The notes under the pieces were generated by a model. It saw nothing but the letters and a program-made list of their open reading frames with translations. It made no database searches and was not told the origin of the DNA. From Chromera velia (lineage: Eukaryota), in the NCBI GenBank assembly GCA_018398765.1, contig JAHBMJ010000466.1:1-64000 (forward strand): a stretch of 64,000 nt of DNA. The letters run 5' to 3'. Both the position numbers and the translations under genes were made by a program. Below, piece by piece: positions 36,451 through 64,000 of this stretch (position 1 is the first letter of the stretch; every line of letters begins with the position of its first letter).

Positions 36451-37677
36451 ATGATGGCACGGAGCGCTGTTCTGCTTTTTTGTGTCATGGTGGCACAGCA
36501 GGTGGCTGGGCAGTGGGTCTTCATCGCGTCCTACTGCACCCACCCCACCCCCAATCTGTGCACTGACGACCAAAAGCTCAACTACATCCACGCCTACGAA
36601 CCGAATCCCCGAGCCACGCTCTCGGCCTACCATCAGTGCTACGACTTCCAATCCGAACGGAACGGCGTCACCCTACAGGCGCGATTGAATGTCCTCGGGT
36701 TCCTCATGGTTGGCCTGTTTCATGCATGGGGGCATGCATATATATTTATTTGACGCCCTGTGACGCGCTCAAACAGGGAGGAAATTTGACTGCAATGTGT
36801 ATGACCATTCAGATGACAGACAAACACACTGGGACGCAAGCCCACCTAGCTCGGCAATTAAACCCACACAGCTAGAAGGCTCGCAGAACGTTTTTGCACT
36901 TCGTTGCGTTGCGTTGCGGGCCTGCAGGCAGCCGCCCAGCTCTCTTCCAAAAACTCAAGCCATCGATGGGCACGCACCCTTTCACTGCTGTACATGCATG
37001 CATTGATATGTAAGATGAAAGAATACCAAAACAAACGCACATCGATCCAAACTTCCTCGCTCGATCCTCATGCATGTATGAATGAGGCAATGTTCTCCTC
37101 ACTCAGTGTCGGTCTGAAGAGCTGTATGCTGCCATGGTGGTCCTCTAGTGCTCACGGCCTTAACAGCCTAGCATTAAGTTTCCCATAACTGACAGGCATG
37201 CAGGACCGAGTTTTTCGATTTTGTTTGGCTTCCCCTGAACGCGCCAGACGCAAGCATGCAGTCTGAACCCTTCCCTTAATTTCTCTTTCCCTTCCCTGCC
37301 TGCAGCTGTCGGTTCACTTTAAGGTGACGGTGAGTGGTGAGCCGCAACCGTTCGATGTGAAGGCCCGCTTTAACGTGGGGGGACACCAAGACCTCTCCTT
37401 GCCGAACGGGAGCTCGATCTCGACGTTCGCAGAGAGCGGTTCGAAGGTCGGGGGGGCTCTGGGAACTGAGCACTGGTACTCGGTAGACAATGTCATGCCG
37501 ATTCACACGGAGATCCAGGAGTGCCCCAAAGGATTCAATTTCTTCGGGAGGGAAAAAGTGAGGACAGATTCAGAAGAAGAAGAAGAATACGCATCAGAGG
37601 AGGTGGCATCGTCAGGGGAAGCAGAGGAAGACAGAAGAAAGACGAACTCTGAGAAGGACCTGGAGGTTCACGTTTGA
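36451..37677 (+). CDS. Hypothetical secreted protein, about 209 aa, acidic C-terminus
   Basis: Exons 36451-36708 and 37306-37677 join in phase 0 (GFLM|LSVHFKVTV). Signal-peptide-like MMARSAVLLFCVMVAQQVAG. Confidence 0.7.
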
Positions 37678-38755
37678 TTTTGGAATGGATTCAATTTCGA
37701 GAGGAACAAACGAATGGAGAAACGAAGACCTGACCTTGCACAGGACCTGTCACACATGCAAGTACTACTACTAGTAGCTTGATTATATCAATCAGATGAT
37801 ACGATTGTGCAACAATCCTCAATTATGACTGCCGGGGGTTTTAGTATCGTCTTAGTCAGTGCCTCTCTAGTATGTTTCCCTTTTCTCTGAACATCCTTAA
37901 GTTCCATTTTTCTGCATTTGTTACTAGATTTGTTAGGTTGGTTAGTTCTTTGGCTGCTCTATCAGTCGCTTAATTGTGTCAGAGGTGACGAGGTCTGTCT
38001 GGTTCACTGTTTCTTCTTGTTTATCTGTTTCCGTTTTGTCTGCCAACGAGACCGTACATGTTCCTGCAGTTTACTTCTATAAAATATATCATTTTTAATC
38101 AGTTTGGCGAATACAGTTTGCATATTTATCTTTATACATAGATGCGTGTGTTATTATCATACATACATACTATCTAGAATGAAAGTATTATGAAACTGTC
38201 TTGTATTACAAGTTGTGTGTTACCGCTAAATTAATGCTAGCAAGCCTTGCTAGCGGCCTAAGCGGCAAATAAAGCTAAGCAGCCTAGACTAGCCTAGAGC
38301 CTAGAAATAGGCCGATGACGATGACGCTAGCGATGACGTATAATGATAAAGATGATGATGATATAACTAGCCCAATCAAAATGTATTTCCTATTATAAAT
38401 TTCTATTTGTGACACATGGTGTACTATTTGTAAGTATTGATAATTGATTGATTTACATTGATTGCTTAGTAAATCTAGTAGTAAATAACTTTGAAATACT
38501 GATTTCTATTTGAAAAAAAAAAATTAAATTAAAAAGTCACCGTGCTGTATGCAACCTAAAATAATCTGTTAATTATCAATGGAAATCCAATTAAATCGGG
38601 TTATATTCAATTCTGCGGAATTTGAGTAACAAAACAGGCTTGACTAATTGTGTATTTGAGCTCAAGTTTGAAGCTCACACGTAGTTCCAGGCCCAATGAG
38701 CTTCAACAAATCTGCCAATGGATGCACGAATAATTTGACTGATAAACGACTTTAA

Positions 38756-39431
38756 TTATTTGAAGAAACGGGAGGGGAAAAGAGAGCGGAACATACGGAA
38801 AAGCAACGGTCGATTCCCTACTGCTCCCCTTGCCTTGGGTTTTGCTAGTGGCCTTTTCGGGTCTTTCCAGGGTCCGGCTGCCTTTCCCTTTGGCTTCACC
38901 AACGAGGATTTTGAGAGACCTTTCCCTTTCGGTTTCATAACTCGAGCCCCCTTCCCCTTCGATTTCGCTTTCGGCTTTGAAACCCTATTTCCCTTTGGAG
39001 GGTTCGCAGCTTCGCTCTCTGAGTCCGAGACGTCAATTATGACTCCATTCCCACCTTCTCCAGCTACTGCCTCCTCACCCCCACCGAAGCTCTCTTTGAC
39101 CAGAGGACGCATCTCCGTTCCGAGCCGCGAGAGTGCACGCGTGTCGTCGGAGGGTCTGGCTGACGGTCCCACCCCACAGAAGGTTAAATGGTCGTAGTGC
39201 TGGCCCCTGCGCAGGACCCTCCTCGTTTCCTCCGTGTCCCCAGGCCTCCCTGTGGAGCCTCAGGAGGACGGATGTACGTGGCTCTGAGGACCCCGTCGGG
39301 CTTCAAGTCCCAAACGTCAATGCAGACCCTATAGCGAAAAGCGAGAGCCCTCAATTCCACCTCGCCCCCATATTTGCCGTCCTTCTTCATGTATTTGACA
39401 TACGCCTCTGGAGAGCCCACCTGCACACACA

Positions 39432-39485
<54 letters not shown>

Positions 39486-39966
39486 CAGAGACAGAGAGAG
39501 AGAGAGAGAGAAATGAGCATAACCGTCACGACCAAGGGTAGAAAGAGAGGAAGGAAAAGGGAAAAAGAAGGAGGAGAGGCCAGAGAAGGAGGAAGGAAAA
39601 AGAAGGAGAGCCAGGAAAGGACCGAGGAACTGATCGAAGGAAGGTGAAGAGAGAGGAAGCTGCATGGCGGGCAAAGAATTAAGCGAGGATCGATCGAGGA
39701 ATCCGGTGAGAAAGAAGAAATTCACAGACGTACGGTCACATTGTCCGCGAGTTCGAGTTGCATTCTGGCCAAATTCGGATCGTGCCAGTCCACGCCAGGC
39801 ACCCCCAGTTCATCCCAAGGTGTGGACTTGAGGATGGCACACATGATCTTCCGGACTTCCCTGTGTGTCAATCCCAAGATCCTCCCGATCGCCCGAGGAA
39901 GACAATTCCCGTCTGCCTCCTCCCAGTCGACAAGATACCATTGCACATTGGGGGCGTTGTGAGGAT
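38756..39966 (-). pseudogene. OTU-family cysteine protease (deubiquitinase-like) domain, frameshifted; upstream exons decayed or unresolved
   Basis: Exon 39966-39734 has DGNCLPRAI. The exon from 39420 has YGGEVELRALA. The His box RRGQHYDHL (~39185-39211) is in a different frame that runs to the stop at 38756. Confidence 0.72.
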
Positions 39967-42301
39967 CTGCGAACAGGCAGGGAGGGAGGGAGGGAGGAAG
40001 ATGGAGCTAGGGAGTCGAGAGCAAAGAGATAGATGGAAAGGGGGAGAATTCAAGAACGGAAACAGGATTTATGGGGAAATCGTTTGAGCTTCAGGAGAGG
40101 AATGGAACAACGACAGCTAGAGGTTGTGTTCACTTGCCAGCAAAAGAAAGTAGTCACAGTTGTCGAGAAGAGGAGAAAAGTCCCGGGAAACATGTACGTC
40201 TTTCTCTAAGCTTCTTTCTCCCTCATTCCGCCTGAAGAACATGCATTCTGGAGGAACCCGCGCCCCTTGCAGGAGTTTGATGCTTTTTTGAACTCTGTTC
40301 GGGCAAGCAAACCATGAACACGCACATGCAATCAGTTGGATGAAACTTCTTCGCACGCGTGAAACTCTGCATCGATGTGCATCGTCTCACCCCATCTCAC
40401 CATTTTGTGCACGAGCCTCTGGTTGACCGTCTGCACTGCTTCCTTCTTTCTCCTGCTTGCTAGAGGACCAGGATTGAGAGGAATTGCAAGAGGCAACCTC
40501 ACAGCTGTCCAGAGGCACTCCACATGCGGAAGGAAGTGCACCGTCATCATCGCGCTTGTCGTCAGCTTCCTTTCTGGTGTCCTTTGTCTTCTGCCTGCAA
40601 CCGAGTCAACACAGATAGAGACAAGGAACATCAGCAGATCAAACACAGAAACAGCAAGGGAGTCTGCCATTCCTTCAAATTCGGTCAAAGAAGTCAGAAG
40701 GACTTCCCGCAGAAATTATTTGACGAACCCGAGGACAAGAATAGGCAGCCGAGATGCACATGCATGTATAGTATGCGTTTGTGCATACGGCCATTGTCCA
40801 TCAGCACAGCGTCATTGCATCCATACCTGTCCGGGCCCCCCCACCGGAGGATCAAAAAGAAGAAACAAAACAATCCACAGATCTATCCCAGGCCGGCCGA
40901 GGAAAGGCACACTGTGACGGAAAGTTGCCCGACATCTCGCTGAACGCGCACACCAGTCAACGAACAACGTGTATGCAGCCATATGAGATTTCTGAAAGCT
41001 GTTTGGGTCGGTGCATGCAAAAGCAAGTCAGGGAACGACACGCGTAAAGACGGTCAGCAATCAGTCTAGCTGCATGTCGAGTCGCTGAATGCACACATGC
41101 GTACGTGCACCGAAGAACAAACAAACGAACAGAGAAAACATCTGCTGGAACGTCGTCTCGCTGAAGGCGTGCACGAGTCAACGAACAGACAGAGCCGGAA
41201 TGCATGCAGTGTGCTTTCCAGACAAAGTGCCGGAGGGAAAAGAAGGGCCCGGAGATGCAAGAGAGGCTGTGATCAAGAAAGACGACCAGACGTCAACTTC
41301 ACGTGGCTTAGTCTGTCGCCATGTCCCCATAATCCGATTGATGATCACGAGTATTGTCACTTCTTTCTTGGGGTTCGTATCAATTCAATTCAATAAATGG
41401 GAAAAGTTCTTCACAAGATCGTCGATTCATTTAGGAAGTTTGCTGCAGACCCGTAGATCGAACGCACATAGGGGAGAGATCAAAAAGGAGGAACATTTTC
41501 TTTCCCTTGGGCACAGGGCAGGCCCATGCCCATAAAAGGGCTCTATCTCCTTCTCTCTCTCCGTGCATTGCGAGCCTGCACTTCCTACCTTCAAAAGGAT
41601 TGGTCCCTTATCTGAAGGCGACTGACTGACTTTTTCCTCTCGCGAATCTCCAATTGACTAGGACCTTGCGGTTTCCTCGCCTTTGAGTCGTGAACAGCCT
41701 TACCCCTCTTCTTCTTCATCCTGTTCTCAGTTTGTGCACAGGTCAAGGTACCCTTTACGCAGGTGCAGCTGCAGAGGGGCACGTGCAAACCCGTCACAGA
41801 AAGGTGGACGTCTAGAAAGTCTCAAATGTGCTCTCTAAAGCTGCGCGCCTCCTTGCTGTTATCAGATGGAAACAAAACAAGAGCGAGGCTGAGTGGAACA
41901 GTATGCATTTTTTGGTCGACACGTCAGAACGGAGAAAGACGAGGGAACTGGTATATATGAGTGGAAGAAAAGGCTGAGAGCGCCAGGAGAGCTGTCAAAC
42001 ACTCAGATGCTCTTTTTTACACCGGCCGAACATCCAGTAAGAGATCCACATCTGCCTTTAGGCTGCATGGTCCCTTTTGTCATGATGCAGCATCCAACGA
42101 TCTGGAGTCATGCAGAACAACCCTTTTCAATTGTCATGCAGTCCTTGAAGAAGTGCTGGTCCCTCCATGTTTCAACATCCAAGGCAAGGCAGCTGGCTTT
42201 CTCTTTTCTTCGAATCGCACGTGATTATGCAGTCAAAAGGGCGGCCAAAAAGGCGAAAGTACCAAATACAACAGTATGAAACGCAAGTGATTCAACTTCA
42301 A

Positions 42302-42332
<31 letters not shown>

Positions 42333-42738
42333 GACATTGAGATACAAACTCACTGATTCAGTCTGAGAGGGTCTGGTGACGAACTTCTGCAGCAGAGGGA
42401 AGCGGGCGAAGCCTTGGACAGACAATCAAGAGAAGTGTGAGCACAGACGAAGGGTACGTCACGGGTCGATCAGATCGTTTATGTGACGAAAAGGGTGCAG
42501 ATGCAGATGATATGTAGATGGTTTGACAAACTTTTGCTGCAATTTGAGACGGGAAACTGAGAGAGCACCACCCCAGTTCAAATGCAAACAGCCAGAAGGT
42601 GCAGAAAAGCACATGGAGGTACACCTTTTTCTCGAATCATGTCTTCTTTCTCATGCATATGGGGACAGCCCGCATCTGCATATACAGACCATAAAAATGC
42701 GTAAACTAATTTAATTATTAATATTAATACACGAGAGT

Positions 42739-43143
42739 GGGGGGACTCGTACAAAATACTTTATGCAACGGCGTTGCATAAGCCCCCCCCCNNNNNNNNN
42801 NNNNNNNNNNNNNNNNNNNNNNNNNNNNNNNNNNNNNNNNNNNNNNNNNNNNNNNNNNNNNNNNNNNNNNNNNNNNNNNNNNNNNNNNNNNNNNNNNNNN
42901 NNNNNNNNNNNNNNNNNNNNNNNNNNNNNNNNNNNNNNNNNNNNNNNNNNNNNNNNNNNNNNNNNNNNNNNNNNNNNNNNNNNNNNNNNNNNNNNNNNNN
43001 NNNNNNNNNNNNNNNNNNNNNNNNNNNNNNNNNNNNNNNNNNNNNNNNNNNNNNNNNNNNNNNNNNNNNNNNNNNNNNNNNNNNNAGCCCTCTTATGCAA
43101 CGCCGTTGCATAAGGTATAATAAGGTATTTTGTACGAGCCCCC
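42739..43143. mobile_element. Inverted-repeat (TIR/foldback-like) element spanning the N gap
   Basis: Left GGGGG(A)CTCGTACAAAATAC..TTATGCAACGGCGTTGCATAAG is mirrored by right CTTATGCAACGCCGTTGCATAAG..GTATTTTGTACGAGCCCCC. Confidence 0.6.
42792..43085. other. Assembly gap (N run)
   Basis: Directly visible. Confidence 1.
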
Positions 43144-44734
43144 TCCTAGCGTGCATTGCGCGCCGAAGAATTTTGGATAACGTAGTACGCGGACGAACCG
43201 AGTATAGAAGCGTACACAAACTTTGTATTTTGTCAATTCTGGCGATTCGGCTTCCCAAAAACGTAACGCGCTGAGTGTGCATAAGATTGGACTATAGCAG
43301 AAACAGGCTTAGACACGAGACCCGATACCACGTGAACTAACAGCCGGTATGCTAGTATATGCTAGGACATGCTATACATCCACGAACCCCCAAAAACACT
43401 TTAAATATCACTTTTGAATGAAGAGTAAGACATGCATGCATGCATAACGGATGTAAGCAATGATGCAAACTTGTAAGCAACGCCAAAAAACAAGAAAAAT
43501 CGGAACTGATTCACTTACGCGGTTGACACATGCTGTCCCATCGTAGCGCTGCAACCCTCCTCATGTAACATACACTTATTCATGAGTACTGCATGATACT
43601 TAATTCCTAGCGTGGTGCAGAAGCGCCCATCACTTCTGTGGCTTCCTATCTTTATGTATATCAGATTTTATCCCTTGGGGGCATTTGCGGTCTTATCTGA
43701 TGCCCTCTTCTCTTATTAAATTGGTAAACCACAGTCTAGACCACAGTCTACATTCAATTTAAACCACAAAAAGATGTAAGTCGACATCCGGCAGTACCGG
43801 GCAGTGAACCGCGAGGGAACTATAAATCCTAATATCCTATCATATCCTTCAGATTTTTTTTAAAAAAAGAAAAAATAAGTTAAACTGTGTGAATCAAACA
43901 ACCATTGATAATTATTGTTTAATTAACTGTAGCCTAGTAGTATTACATATAAAGTATACTAGTAAGTCTTGTGTATGTTTTTCAGTATTACGAGAAGACA
44001 CTATATAAATTAAACTAGTCTGTGTTGTTGCTAAAAAAAAAAACGATAAAGATTGAATTCTATAATTTGACCACCAAGTTTTTTTTGTTGAGTTGATGCG
44101 TTTAAATTTATATAGTCCTAGATATAGTCGTCATTAGTCTTAGATATAGTCGTGACTACGCCGTCATTATTTAATAATCAAAGAGGAATCGCAGAGGCGA
44201 CTTTTGGTAGAACGGCGACAGTGCTCGGCGACAATGTTCACTATCAGTATCAGATACCCAATACTACTTCACGAAGTGGATAAAAAAGTAAAAAAAAAAC
44301 TAATAATGATGAGATGATGATGATGATGATGATTGAGGGAAAGAGATATGAAGATAGTTAATTATAATAAAAAATAATCAGATTCATAGAATCAATTTTT
44401 TTACAACTTGAATTCAAAATTATACAGTGTCCATATCACCTCTATATTACTTTATACATTAGAATCTAGCTAGAAAATCAAATCATTTTTATTGCATGAC
44501 TTACTTCTGAGTCACGTGGCATAGCCTCAGGCCTTAGTCAGGCTAGGGCATAGCTCAGGGCATAGCAAATTATAGCAAATTCAGATGAGTCAAAAGAAAG
44601 TTATTTGTCCCTTCTTCTTTTATATACCCTGGATCAACAAGCTATTCGATCGAGTTCCCCCCCCCCGGCCGCGTCCTTGTGAGACCCTGCTAGCCCTGAT
44701 CCGTCAATAGAGACAAAAAAACAAATTCGCTTTG

Positions 44735-64000
<19,266 letters not shown>

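Noticed and set aside
41990..42180. KSI*VFDS as a Ulp1 protease remnant upstream of the OTU
   Set aside because: Match is too short and lacks the HW motif
42711..43282. ORFs spanning the N gap
   Set aside because: Artefacts of translating N
44300..44340. (GAT)n runs in AT-rich islands (also ~12441 and ~38351) as retroelement tails
   Set aside because: No TSD or shared upstream sequence could be identified

Overview
Eukaryotic, intron-rich genomic DNA. The microsatellite-filled introns, TGCAG acceptors, abundant TGCATGC and expanded ankyrin family suggest an alveolate, probably a chromerid such as Chromera velia (inference from style, not proven). Genes spliced by hand: a secreted PSI-like protein (-, runs off the left edge), a small protein with a Cys-rich tail (+), a class IV PLP aminotransferase (-), an SRSF1-like SR protein (+), an RSL1D1-like ribosomal L1-domain protein (-), a secreted orphan (+), and about 19 kb of a CHD1-like chromatin remodeller (-, 5' end beyond the right edge). 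Between the genes lie two disabled ankyrin-family paralogues, a frameshifted OTU-domain gene, minisatellites, tandem and inverted ~200-bp repeats, nested MITEs and sharply AT-rich islands. The strongest unusual signal is that repeated DNA differs between copies mostly by C>T/G>A changes, often CpA>TpA (TpG>TpA). This resembles fungal repeat-induced point mutation (RIP), here in an apparently non-fungal genome. A second recurring pattern is tandem duplication of a 3' splice site plus the exon start, seen in two unrelated genes. Most ORFs in the six-frame track are microsatellite or antisense artefacts. N gaps are at 4343-4345, 42792-43085 and 45393.
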